Assembly: GCA_049608005.1 (NCBI GenBank)
Contig: JBMYXB010000001.1
Coordinates: 1-55,824, forward strand
Length of the DNA stretch: 55,824 bases
Source of the DNA: Vicingaceae bacterium
GTDB lineage: Bacteria > Bacteroidota > Bacteroidia > Flavobacteriales_E > Vicingaceae
Direction of reading: 5' to 3'
The translations under genes were made by a program, and so were the position numbers. Of the stretch, positions 45,697-55,740 are shown in pieces. The notes under the pieces were generated by a model. The model made no database searches and was not told the DNA's origin. It saw only the letters and a program-made list of their open reading frames with translations. Position 1 is the stretch's first letter. Each line of letters starts with the position of its first letter.

Positions 45697-47550
45697 ATGA
45701 CATTTAACGACTTAGGTCTAAGCGCAGAAGTGCTTAAGGCTGTTACTGCTCTTGGTTTTGAAAAACCATCAGAAATTCAAGAAAAATCAATTCCTCAATT
45801 ATTAACTACAGAAAGAGATTATGTAGGTTTAGCTCAAACAGGAACAGGTAAAACTGCTGCTTTTGGAATACCAATGATTGAACAAATTGATACTAGTTAC
45901 AAAGCAATACAAGGTTTAGTACTTTGTCCAACTCGTGAGTTGTGTATTCAAATTGCACGCGAAATGACAGCCTACTCTAAGTTTTCGGACGGAGTAAAAG
46001 TTGTTGCCGTTTATGGTGGTGCAAGTATTCAAGATCAAATAAGAGCAATTAAAAGCGGAGCCAATATTATTATTGGAACACCGGGAAGAACTATTGATTT
46101 AATTGGAAGAAAAGCATTAAAGTTTGATAGCGTATCTAAAGTAGTTTTAGATGAGGCTGATGAGATGTTGAACATGGGATTTAAAGAAGATATTTCTGAA
46201 ATTCTAGAATCAACACCAGCATTTAAAAGAACTTGGTTGTTTTCTGCAACTATGCCACGTGAGGTAGAGCGTATTTCTAGTAACTATATGGAAGATCCTA
46301 TTAAAGTTACAGTAGGAACAAAAAACAGTAGTGCAGCAAATATTGATCATAAATTTTGTTTAGTACAAGGACGAGATAAGTACTTTGCTTTAAAACGTTT
46401 TGCAGATCATTACCCAGGTATGTTTGGAATTGTTTTTTGTAGAACAAGAAGAGATACACAAGAGGTTGCAGAAAAATTAATGAAAGATGGTTATAATGCA
46501 GATGCATTACACGGAGATCTTTCTCAAGGACAGCGTGATAACGTAATGAAGAAATTCAGAAACAAAACAATTACGATGTTGGTTGCTACAGATGTTGCAG
46601 CAAGAGGTATTGATGTAGATAATGTTTCTCACGTGTTTCATTATGATTTACCTGATGAAATTGAAAGTTACACGCACAGAAGTGGTAGAACAGGTAGAGC
46701 AGGTAAATCGGGTATTTCTATTGCGTTAATTGCTCCTCAGAAATCAGGGAAAATTAAATTAATTGAAAAAAAGATAGGTAAAGAATTAGAGTTAGTAAAA
46801 GCACCTTCTGGTCAGGATATTTGCGGGATGCAACTAATGAAAATGATTAAAAATGTTGAAGAGGTTGAAGTAAACCAAAAAGGAATTGCTCCTTTTGTGG
46901 CTCAAATTCATGAGGCTTTAGCTGATTTTTCTAAAGAAGAAATTATAGAACGTTTTGTTTCTGTTGAGTTTAATAGCTTCTTAAAAGAATACGAAAAAGC
47001 GGGAGATATTAATGTAGATCCAAGTAGAATTAGAAAAGGTGCAGATGCTAGATTTAATGATAGAGGCAGAGGCGGAAGAGATAGAGATAGAGGAGAAAGA
47101 AGGTCTAGTAGAGGCGGAGAAACCAATACTAAAAGAGTATTTATTAATGTTGGAAAAATGGATGGTTTTGAAAACAAAGGACAACTTTTAGGTTTTCTTT
47201 GTAACCAATCTGGTGTTGATGGAAGCTCTTTAGGTAAAATTGATTTGTTTGATAGTTTTGCTTTTGTTGGTGTTGATGATGGTGTTGGAGAAAAAATGAT
47301 TTCTGCAATGAATGGTCAAAACATAGAAAATAGAGATATTAGAGTAGAATTTTCGCAAGATAAACCACAAGGAGAAAGAGGTGGTGGAAGAGGTGGAAAC
47401 CGAGGTGGCGGAGGTCATAGAGGCGGAAATGGAAACTTTAGAGGAGAAAGAAGAAGTGGAGGTGGAGATAGAAGAAGAAGAGATTCTGGATCATCAGAAA
47501 ATAGAGGTGGAGGAGATAGAAACTATAGTGAAAGAAGACGAAGAAGATAA
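45697..47550 (+). CDS. deaD: DEAD-box ATP-dependent RNA helicase (DeaD/CsdA-like) with DbpA-type RNA-binding domain and RGG/RD-rich tail
   Basis: 617 aa. Motifs AQTGTGKT (I), PTRELC (Ia), DEAD (II), SAT (III) and HRSGRTGRAG (VI). Arg/Gly-rich segments are RGRGGRDRDRGERRSSRGGE and GERGGGRGGNRGGGGHRGGNGNFRGERR...RRRRR. Confidence 0.92.
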   Translation: MTFNDLGLSAEVLKAVTALGFEKPSEIQEKSIPQLLTTERDYVGLAQTGTGKTAAFGIPMIEQIDTSYKAIQGLVLCPTRELCIQIAREMTAYSKFSDGVKVVAVYGGASIQDQIRAIKSGANIIIGTPGRTIDLIGRKALKFDSVSKVVLDEADEMLNMGFKEDISEILESTPAFKRTWLFSATMPREVERISSNYMEDPIKVTVGTKNSSAANIDHKFCLVQGRDKYFALKRFADHYPGMFGIVFCRTRRDTQEVAEKLMKDGYNADALHGDLSQGQRDNVMKKFRNKTITMLVATDVAARGIDVDNVSHVFHYDLPDEIESYTHRSGRTGRAGKSGISIALIAPQKSGKIKLIEKKIGKELELVKAPSGQDICGMQLMKMIKNVEEVEVNQKGIAPFVAQIHEALADFSKEEIIERFVSVEFNSFLKEYEKAGDINVDPSRIRKGADARFNDRGRGGRDRDRGERRSSRGGETNTKRVFINVGKMDGFENKGQLLGFLCNQSGVDGSSLGKIDLFDSFAFVGVDDGVGEKMISAMNGQNIENRDIRVEFSQDKPQGERGGGRGGNRGGGGHRGGNGNFRGERRSGGGDRRRRDSGSSENRGGGDRNYSERRRRR

Positions 47551-47578
47551 AAAGTTATAACTTAGAAGAAGGATTAAA

Positions 47579-47613
47579 GCCGAAAATTCAGCAATGAATT
47601 TTCGGCTTTTTTT
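47579..47613 (+). terminator. rho-independent terminator after the helicase gene
   Basis: gccgaaaattc (47579-47589) / gaattttcggc (47596-47606) with a 6-nt loop, then T7 (47607-47613). Confidence 0.85.
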
Positions 47614-47653
47614 AATTTAGGGGTAATTTTTAATACAACTTCAACACAATATT

Positions 47654-48598
47654 TTAAGCGTTAAATTTTTTTGGTATTGGTGCTATAAAAGTCATTTCTT
47701 TATTTAACGTAGGATGTTTAAATGTAATTTGATGGGCATGTAAAAAAAGACTATCAGTTTTATAGGTGAAAGGATTGGATTTAAAATAATTAATGTCTTT
47801 ATGTCCTAAATCACCAACAATAGGGTGGCCTAATTCGGCTAAATGTAATCTAATTTGATTTGTTCTGCCAGTTAAAGGAGCAACTTTTAATAGCGTATTG
47901 TTTTCTCTTCTTTCAATTACTTCAATTTCAGTTTGCGAAAGCTTGCCATTCTCATCCACCTTTCTTGCACCACCAACCAAAACCTCTGTACCAATAGATT
48001 GCTGCAAGTTTAAATTGTTTTCAGTTACAATTCCATCTACTAAAGCAATATAAATTTTCTTAATTGTCTTATTTTCAAACTGTTGTTGGATAAAGCTAGC
48101 TGCTTTTTTGTTTTTAGCCAAAACAATTAATCCTGTTGTATTGGCATCAATTCTATGCAATAACTTAAAGTTTTCATTCGGAAAAGCCAAAGAAAGAATG
48201 TGGATTAAAGTGTTTCTTACAAATCTGCCCGAAGCATGAACAGGCAAGGGGGAAGGCTTATTTAAAACAATAATCTCATCATCATTATAAATACAATTAA
48301 TATTGGTGCTAACGGGTGGTTCAATTTTTGGCTCAGATTGGTGCATTGTAACATCACCTCCTTTTACAAGATAAGCAGTTGTAATATTTTTTCCATTAAC
48401 TTTTAAATTGCCATCATTTACTTTGTCTATCCAAATGGTAGGCGTAGAACGAGGTACTGCTATATTAAAAAAAGCTATAATGTTTAAGCCTTCATACTTT
48501 TTTTTAACAGCTAATTTATAAGTGATGGCTTTAGGAGTGCTACCAGGCAAAGGACTGGTTACTTTTTTTATCGAATTGCTAAATAGATTATCTTTCAT
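47654..48598 (-). CDS. RluA family pseudouridine synthase
   Basis: 314 aa. Catalytic-Asp motif HRIDANTTGLIVLAK and GRTNQIRLHL. Confidence 0.85.
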   Translation of the reverse strand: MKDNLFSNSIKKVTSPLPGSTPKAITYKLAVKKKYEGLNIIAFFNIAVPRSTPTIWIDKVNDGNLKVNGKNITTAYLVKGGDVTMHQSEPKIEPPVSTNINCIYNDDEIIVLNKPSPLPVHASGRFVRNTLIHILSLAFPNENFKLLHRIDANTTGLIVLAKNKKAASFIQQQFENKTIKKIYIALVDGIVTENNLNLQQSIGTEVLVGGARKVDENGKLSQTEIEVIERRENNTLLKVAPLTGRTNQIRLHLAELGHPIVGDLGHKDINYFKSNPFTYKTDSLFLHAHQITFKHPTLNKEMTFIAPIPKKFNA

Positions 48599-48656
48599 AA
48601 ATAACTTAATGCTGCAAAATAAACTTATTTTTAAAGAACATTTTTAATTTTATCAG

Positions 48657-49667
48657 ATGAAATCATTTTTAACTTTATTTCTTATCTCATTAATATTGTT
48701 TTCTTGCACACATCAAAATGTAGAGATAATTCCATTTACTTTTCGTTACCAATCTTCAATAAGAGGCTTATATAATGTAAATAAAGCAATAAGTTGGGCT
48801 AGTGGAACTAATGGCTATACTTTTAGATCTGTAAACAACAGTTGGTATGCAAAAAGAGATACCGCTTGGGCTTTAACAGATTTTAGAGATGTACATAGTT
48901 TTAAAGATAATGAAGCAATAATAATGAGTTCTGGTGATGGTTGTAAAATGTACAAAACCACCGATGCAGCAGAAACTTGGGATTTGGTTTATGAAAACAA
49001 TGAACCAGGTATTTTTTTTGATGGGATGGATTTTTGGGATGATAAAAATGGTATAGCTTTTAGTGATCCTATTGATAATAAGTTATTTATAATTAGAACT
49101 AAAGATGGAGGAGATACTTGGCAGCATTTACAAAATGTAGAATTGCCTCAAACCATAAAAGGTGAGGCAGGTTTTGCAGCAAGTGGTACTGGTATTGTGT
49201 GTGTTGGAGATAGTGCTGTTTATATTGGTACAGGAGGGGGCGAAGTGGCAAGAATTTTTAGATCTGATAATAGAGGGTTAAATTGGAGTGTGGTAGAAAC
49301 TCCTATGATGAAAGGAGCTGCATCAGGAATTTACTCTATTACTTTTTTGGATGAATTAAATGGTGTGGCTGTTGGAGGGAACTATTTAGATTCGGCAAAT
49401 ACCAAAGGCAATTGTATTGTTACTGCTGATGGAGGGTTAACATGGCAGTTATCCCAAACACCACCTACAGGTTATAGGTCTTGTGTAGCTCATAATGGTA
49501 AGGGTGTGCTCGTATCTACTGGCAGAAACGGAGTTGATGTTTCTTTCGATAAAGGAAATAATTGGGAACATATTTCGGATAAAGCTTATTACAGTTGCAT
49601 TCTAAATGGAGATTCTGGCTGGCTATCAGGCAGAAATAATATGGCAATGATTAAGATTACACAATAG
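48657..49667 (+). CDS. secreted Asp-box (BNR) beta-propeller protein, Ycf48/sialidase-like fold
   Basis: 336 aa with a lipoprotein-like signal (LFSC). It carries repeated TTDAAETW, TKDGGDTW, SDNRGLNW, TADGGLTW and FDKGNNW boxes. Confidence 0.6.
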   Translation: MKSFLTLFLISLILFSCTHQNVEIIPFTFRYQSSIRGLYNVNKAISWASGTNGYTFRSVNNSWYAKRDTAWALTDFRDVHSFKDNEAIIMSSGDGCKMYKTTDAAETWDLVYENNEPGIFFDGMDFWDDKNGIAFSDPIDNKLFIIRTKDGGDTWQHLQNVELPQTIKGEAGFAASGTGIVCVGDSAVYIGTGGGEVARIFRSDNRGLNWSVVETPMMKGAASGIYSITFLDELNGVAVGGNYLDSANTKGNCIVTADGGLTWQLSQTPPTGYRSCVAHNGKGVLVSTGRNGVDVSFDKGNNWEHISDKAYYSCILNGDSGWLSGRNNMAMIKITQ

Positions 49668-50340
49668 ATTCTCCGTTAGAATTAGTGGTTACACTTTCGC
49701 TCATATAATCGAAAAATGGACGCATTTTCTTAAATGTTTCGCCCACTTGTTTCGCAAAATCAGGACTTAAAACTTCTTTGTCAGTAAATTTTTTAGAAAT
49801 AATATATTGCTTGTAACGTAGTAAATCCACATCAGGATGTTCTTTGTTAAACCCTTTAGGGCAAGTTTTTAATTGATCTCCATCTAACGTTTTAAAAGTT
49901 TCTTTAAATAATTTACTATTGATAATTCTTCTTAATGGCTTAGCATCAACTGCAATATCTTCTCTAAAACGTAATAAATCTTCTTTACTAGGAGCCCAAA
50001 ATCCACCAGCTACCATAGAATTTCCTTCTTCAATATGAAAATAGTAACCACCTCTTAAGTGTTTGGTTGCTCTTTTAAACCCTCCAGCCCAGTGGGTTTT
50101 GTATGGAGATTTATCTTTACCAAAACGAACATCTCTATAAATTCTAAACAAACTCTTTTTTCCTGTTGGAGTTTCAATATTGTCATGCACGTTTAATTCT
50201 TTTAAAACTTCATCTGCAAACTCAATAATATTCTGATGTTGTTTAAGGTATTGATCTTTGTTGGTATTAAACCAATCCCTGTTGTTATTTTTTTTTAATT
50301 GTTTTAAGAAGTTAAAATTCCCTTTAGATATTTCAGTCAT
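49657..50340 (-). CDS. DUF2461 (TIGR02453) family protein
   Basis: 227 aa with NNNRDWFNTNKDQY and FRIYRDVRFGKDKSPYKTH signature segments. Its 3' end overlaps the convergent gene by 11 nt. Confidence 0.75.
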   Translation of the reverse strand: MTEISKGNFNFLKQLKKNNNRDWFNTNKDQYLKQHQNIIEFADEVLKELNVHDNIETPTGKKSLFRIYRDVRFGKDKSPYKTHWAGGFKRATKHLRGGYYFHIEEGNSMVAGGFWAPSKEDLLRFREDIAVDAKPLRRIINSKLFKETFKTLDGDQLKTCPKGFNKEHPDVDLLRYKQYIISKKFTDKEVLSPDFAKQVGETFKKMRPFFDYMSESVTTNSNGESIV

Positions 50341-50438
50341 AACAAATATGTAATAAGTTATGAAATTAATAATTTTTGGTTTAAAACTATTGATTTAAAG
50401 TTATAAGGGTAGAAATGAAATTGATAATTACAATTTAG

Positions 50439-51221
50439 CTAGTTTTTGTTATTTCCGATAAAATCAAACAAATTTTTGTCTAACAAGTGAGATGGGGATG
50501 TATTCTTCAATGCATTAAAGATAACAGCTTTTCTATCAGGATAATCAATTTCCCAATCGCTTAGCATTTTCTTTACCATTTGCCGTTGCATTTTTGGTTG
50601 TGATCCACATAAATTACACGGAATAATAGGAAATTTTCTATCCTCGGCATAAGCAATAATTTCTTCTTCCTTACAAAATGCTAAAGGTCTAATAACGGTA
50701 TGTTCTCCACTGTCAGACAGAAACTTAGGAGGCATAGCTTCAAGCTTTCCACTAAAGAAAAGGTTTAGTAAAAATGTTTCAATAATATCATCTCTATGAT
50801 GTCCCAAAGCTAATTTGTTGGCTCCAATTTCTCTGGCTGTAGCATATAGTTTTCCTCTTCGCATTCTAGAGCACAATGTGCAAGTTGTTTTTCCTTCAGG
50901 TGTTTTCTCTTTAACAACACTGTAAGTATCTTGTCCAACAATTAAGTGGGGGATGTTATTCTCTTTAAAATAGTTAGGTAACACCTCAACAGGAAAACCA
51001 GGTTGTTTCTGATCCATGTTAACAGCAACCAATTCAAAATTAATACCTGATGCTTTTTGATAATGCAACAGCATATCCAACATGGTATAGCTATCCTTTC
51101 CGCCTGAAATACAAACCATTATTTTATCACCTTCTTCGAGCATTTTATACTCGTCCATGGCGTTCCAAGTATCTCTTCGGAGTCTTTTGGTTATTGTTTT
51201 TGGGTCTATTTTAGTTTCCAT
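50439..51221 (-). CDS. ttcA: tRNA 2-thiocytidine(32) synthetase
   Basis: 260 aa with PP-loop CISGGKDS and Cys motifs [10 protein letters not shown] and CNLCGSQ. Confidence 0.85.
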   Translation of the reverse strand: METKIDPKTITKRLRRDTWNAMDEYKMLEEGDKIMVCISGGKDSYTMLDMLLHYQKASGINFELVAVNMDQKQPGFPVEVLPNYFKENNIPHLIVGQDTYSVVKEKTPEGKTTCTLCSRMRRGKLYATAREIGANKLALGHHRDDIIETFLLNLFFSGKLEAMPPKFLSDSGEHTVIRPLAFCKEEEIIAYAEDRKFPIIPCNLCGSQPKMQRQMVKKMLSDWEIDYPDRKAVIFNALKNTSPSHLLDKNLFDFIGNNKN

Positions 51222-52007
51222 TTAATTATTTTCAATAATTGATTTGAATGTTGTGCTTGTTAATACTTCTCCTGAAACAGCATACTCTTTCCATTCGCCT
51301 GTAAAAAGTCCGAGATTAAATTGCCCAGACGCAAGTATTTCTCCAGAAGGGTAGTAATAAATACAATTACCATGAGGTCTTCCATTTTTCATCTGTACAG
51401 ACCTTAAAAGACTTCCTGTTCCTCTATAAAACAAAATGGTTCCACTACCATTTTTAAAGCTTCCTTTCTTTAATTTCTTTCCCTTAAGGTCATACTGGGC
51501 TTTAATATTTTTTAATTTTCCATCTTCATCCAATTCAACCAAAGCCAAAAGTTTTTGGGGCGTATCTTCAATTTTTGGTTTAGAAGAATTAGCATCATAA
51601 AAATGTTCTACAATTTCTGTAATCTTATCTTTTTTATAAATATACCTTATCCACGATTTACCAGAGGGATGATTAATAATGTAGTAACCTTCTAGTTTTC
51701 CAGAATACTGATTAAAGTTATAGATTTCCTTATCTTTATTTAAGCAGCTTCTAGCAATTATTTTTTCTCTCTGAGAGCAAGGAGCAGTAGTGCTTGGAAG
51801 CATCGCATCAATAGAGCTGTTGATGATAGTTTCGTTACACTCAATTTGACAAGTAGGAATTTTTCTGAAATAATTTTCAGAAGAAGTGTCGGTGTCAAAA
51901 TAAATTAATAACGAATCGGTTTTGGGTTGGTATTCATTTACAATGTATGATTGGCTAAATAACAATAAGGGGAGTAGAAGTATTATTGTTAAAATTGGTT
52001 TTTTCAT
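51222..52007 (-). CDS. secreted MORN-repeat-variant (YwqK-like) protein
   Basis: 261 aa with a signal peptide. C-terminal G-x-(Y/W)-x-(Y/E)-Y-x-x-G repeats are present (HGNCIYYYPSGEILASGQFNLGLFTGEWKEYAVSGEV). It directly abuts ttcA. Confidence 0.5.
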   Translation of the reverse strand: MKKPILTIILLLPLLLFSQSYIVNEYQPKTDSLLIYFDTDTSSENYFRKIPTCQIECNETIINSSIDAMLPSTTAPCSQREKIIARSCLNKDKEIYNFNQYSGKLEGYYIINHPSGKSWIRYIYKKDKITEIVEHFYDANSSKPKIEDTPQKLLALVELDEDGKLKNIKAQYDLKGKKLKKGSFKNGSGTILFYRGTGSLLRSVQMKNGRPHGNCIYYYPSGEILASGQFNLGLFTGEWKEYAVSGEVLTSTTFKSIIENN

Positions 52008-52163
52008 TATTTGAGTTAAATTAAAATTGAATTAGTTCGAGAACCAACAATTTGGTGCAAAAATACTGTTATCGATACATTTCGACAAATGCCGTAAACT
52101 CGATCTGAAAAAGTATTTCGTCTTGTTTCTTGCTTCTAAAAGCCTTGTTTCTTGTATCTAACG

Positions 52164-53900
52164 TTATATTCTACTCTGATAAGTAAACAGTTTGTAATAT
52201 CTTCCTTCAGCAGCAATCAATTCATCGTGTTTGCCTTGTTCTGCTATGTTTCCTTCTTCAATTACTAAAATTTGGTCAGCTTTACGAATTGTACTTAATC
52301 GGTGAGCAATAACAATGGTTGTTCTTCCTTTCATTAGTTCTGCTAAACTTTCTTGTATCATTGCTTCACTTTCGTTATCTAAGTTAGAGGTAGCTTCATC
52401 TAAAATTAAAATTCTTGGGTTAGCTAAAATTGCTCTAGCAATGGCAATACGTTGTCTTTGCCCTCCAGAAAGCTTGACACCTCGCTCACCAATTAAAGTT
52501 TCTAAACCATCCTCAAATTTATCTGTAAACTCATAAACATAAGCAGCTTTTACAGCGTTTTGTAATTGTTCTTCGGTAGCGTTAGGACGCGGGAAAAGTA
52601 TATTTTCCTTAATCGTACCTTCAAACAAGAAGTCATCTTGTAAAACAACTCCTAATTGACTTCTGTAAGAGTTTAAACTTACTTTAGATAGATCTTGACC
52701 GTCAATTGTTATTGTTCCGCTTTCAGGGTTAATAAAAGATGAAACCAACCCTGCAATGGTAGATTTTCCAGAACCTGAAGAACCAACCAAAGCAGTAACA
52801 CTTCCTTGTTTTGCTTCTAGACTAATGTTGTGAACCACTTCTTTTCCTTCTTCGTAAGAAAATGAAACATTATCAAACTTAATATCACCGTGAATGTCTT
52901 TTAACTCAACGGTTCTAACTGTTGGATCATCTTCGGAGTGCATGTTCATTATTTCTTCAGTTCGGTCCAATCCTGCGAAAGCTTCGGTTAATTGACTTCC
53001 AATGTTACTCATTTGGACAATTGGAGCAATCATAAAACCAAGCAGGAGCGTAAACGATAAGAAATCTCCTGTAGTTAATGTACCGTCAATAATCATCATT
53101 CCTCCAATTCCCATAATTCCTACAGAAGCCATTCCTAAAAGGAAAGCAGAAGAACTCGTCATAATTGCAGTTGCTGTTAAACTTTTTTTTACATTTTGAA
53201 ATAAGCGATCAACACCTTTTTCAAATGTTATGTTTTCTTGTGCTTCTGCATTAAAACCTTTTATAACTCTAACGCCTGCTAATGACTCTGTTAATCTGCC
53301 AGTTACCTCCGCGTTAATAACACCTCTATTTCTAAATATTGGTCGGATGTAACCAAATGCTTTTAAGGCAATTACAGCAAATAAAGCAACAGGCGCTAAA
53401 ACAAACAAAGTCATTTTTGGACTGATGTTAATTAGCAATACCAATGAAATAATTGCAGTTATTGTTCCGCCAAACAACTGAACTAAACCTGTTCCAATTA
53501 AGTTTCTTACGCCTTCAACATCTGTCATAATTCTAGAAACCAATGCTCCCGATTTGTTGTTATCAAAATAAGAAATAGGTAAAGACAATACTTGTTTTTG
53601 AACTTTAGCTCTTAACTTAGAAATCAGTAATTGTGCTTCTACACTCAATAACCTGGTTAATGCAAAAGAGGTGAGTGCTGAAATTAAAATTGCTCCAGCC
53701 ACCATTAATACTAACGCAATTAAAGCATCCATATCTTTGTTAGGAATAACTTCATCGAGCAGCTCTTTACTTTTTAAGGGCAATACCAAGCTCGCTAATC
53801 GGCTAATTACAATTAATATGAGTCCAATGAGTACAATTCCTTTTCGGGGCCAAATAAACTCTTTAAATGCTTGTAGTATGGTGACTTTGTTTTTGCTCAT
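52164..53900 (-). CDS. ABC exporter, fused permease/ATPase (MsbA-like type)
   Basis: 578 aa. Six N-terminal TM helices, Walker A GSSGSGKST, signature LSGGQRQR, Walker B ILILDEATS. Confidence 0.9.
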   Translation of the reverse strand: MSKNKVTILQAFKEFIWPRKGIVLIGLILIVISRLASLVLPLKSKELLDEVIPNKDMDALIALVLMVAGAILISALTSFALTRLLSVEAQLLISKLRAKVQKQVLSLPISYFDNNKSGALVSRIMTDVEGVRNLIGTGLVQLFGGTITAIISLVLLINISPKMTLFVLAPVALFAVIALKAFGYIRPIFRNRGVINAEVTGRLTESLAGVRVIKGFNAEAQENITFEKGVDRLFQNVKKSLTATAIMTSSSAFLLGMASVGIMGIGGMMIIDGTLTTGDFLSFTLLLGFMIAPIVQMSNIGSQLTEAFAGLDRTEEIMNMHSEDDPTVRTVELKDIHGDIKFDNVSFSYEEGKEVVHNISLEAKQGSVTALVGSSGSGKSTIAGLVSSFINPESGTITIDGQDLSKVSLNSYRSQLGVVLQDDFLFEGTIKENILFPRPNATEEQLQNAVKAAYVYEFTDKFEDGLETLIGERGVKLSGGQRQRIAIARAILANPRILILDEATSNLDNESEAMIQESLAELMKGRTTIVIAHRLSTIRKADQILVIEEGNIAEQGKHDELIAAEGRYYKLFTYQSRI

Positions 53901-54049
53901 TGTATTTAGTTAAAAGTTTATAAAGTTCGTAAAGTTAAAAGTCTGTAAAGATAAAAGTTTATTTTCTTTAAAACCTTGAATGCCTTTTGCCTGCGAAAGA
54001 ATAGGTGTATTCAATCATTCGCTCATTAATTCATTCAATCATTGTAACA

Positions 54050-54700
54050 TTAAGAAACGCCTTCCCACTCATTATAAAACTGCTCTAAATATTGTTCCAT
54101 AAATGCATGACGTTGTTCAGCTATTTTACTCCCAGTTTCCGTATTCATGGTATCTTTCAAAAGTAACAGTTTCTCATAAAAATGATTCATGGTAGGAGCA
54201 GTAGTGGCTTTGTATTGCTCTTTAGTCATGTTTAAATTTGGCTTAATTTCTGGGTCATAAATGGCTCTATTTTTAAACCCACCATAATTAAAAGTCCTTG
54301 CAATGCCAATTGCTCCAATAGCATCTAAACGATCGGCATCTTGTACCACATCTAATTCAGTAGAGTTAAACGTTCTTGCTTCATTTCCACCTTTAAAAGA
54401 TACATTTTCTATGATAGCCAATACATGATCAATAACTCTATAATCTGCATCTTGACCAATTAAAAAGTTTAATGCTTTTTTAGGGCCAATTTTTTCATCA
54501 CCATTATGAAATTTAGAATCAGCAATATCGTGTAACAATGCAGCTATTTCTACAATTTCGATATCTACATCCTCAGATTTAGCTATTAGTTTAGCATTTT
54601 TCCAAACACGTTCTATATGGAGCCAATCGTGTCCGCCTTCAGCTCCTTCAAGCTCTTGTTGTACAAATTGTATGGTGTTTTTTACTAGTTGACTATTCAT
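54050..54700 (-). CDS. HD-domain phosphohydrolase (YedJ-like)
   Basis: 216 aa with GGHDWLHIERV, ALLHDIADSKF and QDADRLDAIGAIGIARTF. Confidence 0.8.
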   Translation of the reverse strand: MNSQLVKNTIQFVQQELEGAEGGHDWLHIERVWKNAKLIAKSEDVDIEIVEIAALLHDIADSKFHNGDEKIGPKKALNFLIGQDADYRVIDHVLAIIENVSFKGGNEARTFNSTELDVVQDADRLDAIGAIGIARTFNYGGFKNRAIYDPEIKPNLNMTKEQYKATTAPTMNHFYEKLLLLKDTMNTETGSKIAEQRHAFMEQYLEQFYNEWEGVS

Positions 54701-54729
54701 TTTGCAAAGGAAAGAATTTATATTGTATT

Positions 54730-54826
54730 GTCATTCCGATTGTAACGACTTTAGGAGTGAAATAGAGGAATCTTTTGAAAACTTTGCTAAAGAATTAAAA
54801 GATCCCTCCGCTTCGGTCGGGATGAC
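54730..54826. repeat. REP-like nested inverted repeat
   Basis: The outer arms are gtcattccga (54730-54739) and tcgggatgac (54817-54826), with 1 mismatch. The inner arms gaggaatc and gatccctc flank an AT-rich loop. The G/C-rich core is gatccctccgcttcggtcgggatgac. Confidence 0.7.
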
Positions 54827-54848
54827 ATAAAAACATTAGCTTTGAAAA

Positions 54849-55739
54849 ATGCCTGTTTTAAAAACTCACATAGTTCCAAATGATTTTGAAGAAATTCGAT
54901 TGTATGATTATGTGCAACAAATTTTCCCAACTATACCTTCTCGTAAAGCAGTTAAAAAAGCCATTGCTCGTGAAGAAATATTGGTAAATGGACATAAAAC
55001 TTCTACAGGGCATTGGATTAAAGCAGGTCAGAAAATAGAATTGTTAGAGTCTAACGCTAATCCACCTAAAGCATACAACTTAGATTTAGAAATTGTTTTT
55101 GAAGATGAGTATTTGGCTGTAATTAATAAGCCAGCAGGAATTCCTGTTAGTGGTAACCAGTTTAGAACGATACAAAATGCTATAATTGGAAACATTAGTT
55201 TATCTCATGAAGAAGATGCTTTAAGATGGCCTAAACCAGTACATCGCCTAGATGGACCAACTAGTGGTTTATTGATAATTGCAAAAACTGCAAAAGCATT
55301 GGTTAAGTTAGGGCAGCAGTTTGAACAAAAACAGATTCAAAAAAAGTATGCAGCTATTGTTATGGGAAAAACCCCAGAAAGTGGAATTGTTGATACTGCT
55401 ATTGATGGGTTGAAATCATTGAGTGAATACAAAACACTTAAAACAATTAATTCGTTAAGGAGTAAACAGTTGAGCTTGGTTGAATTATCTCCAAAAACAG
55501 GAAGGACGCATCAACTAAGGATTCATATGTCAAGGATTGGGTTTCCAATTTTAGGAGATAAGCAATATGGAGATGAGGGCAATAATTTAGAAGGTAAAGG
55601 GTTGTTTTTGTGTGCTTTGGAGTTAAATTTAAAACACCCAATAACTGAAGAAACATTAGTTATTGAAACAACCATCCCAAACAAGTTTAATAGCTTATTG
55701 GAGCGTGAAGAAAAAAGATGGAATAAATTTAATACTTGA
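54849..55739 (+). CDS. RluA family pseudouridine synthase with N-terminal S4-like domain
   Basis: 296 aa with HRLDGPTSGLLIIAK and GRTHQLRIHM. A TAGCTTTG box lies only 4 nt upstream of the ATG. Confidence 0.88.
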   Translation: MPVLKTHIVPNDFEEIRLYDYVQQIFPTIPSRKAVKKAIAREEILVNGHKTSTGHWIKAGQKIELLESNANPPKAYNLDLEIVFEDEYLAVINKPAGIPVSGNQFRTIQNAIIGNISLSHEEDALRWPKPVHRLDGPTSGLLIIAKTAKALVKLGQQFEQKQIQKKYAAIVMGKTPESGIVDTAIDGLKSLSEYKTLKTINSLRSKQLSLVELSPKTGRTHQLRIHMSRIGFPILGDKQYGDEGNNLEGKGLFLCALELNLKHPITEETLVIETTIPNKFNSLLEREEKRWNKFNT

Positions 55740-55740
55740 G

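Noticed and set aside
49657-49667. 11-nt 3'-end overlap of the convergent genes 48657..49667 and 49657..50340 as a regulatory feature
   Set aside because: Short convergent overlaps are common in compact genomes. No hairpin or other structure is visible at the overlap.
1851-55656. Other short ORFs nested antisense or out of frame in confident genes (1851..2060, 3683..3931, 6660..6842, 10750..11010, 13307..13570, 15498..15731, 19110..19346, 20713..20898, 24911..25177, 28352..28540, 30912..31189, 34557..36111, 36882..37121, 38317..38762, 46307..47418, 52315..53913, 55447..55656)
   Set aside because: All are fully embedded in longer ORFs with clear family motifs. They have no recognisable motifs of their own and show compositions typical of shadow frames in AT-rich DNA.
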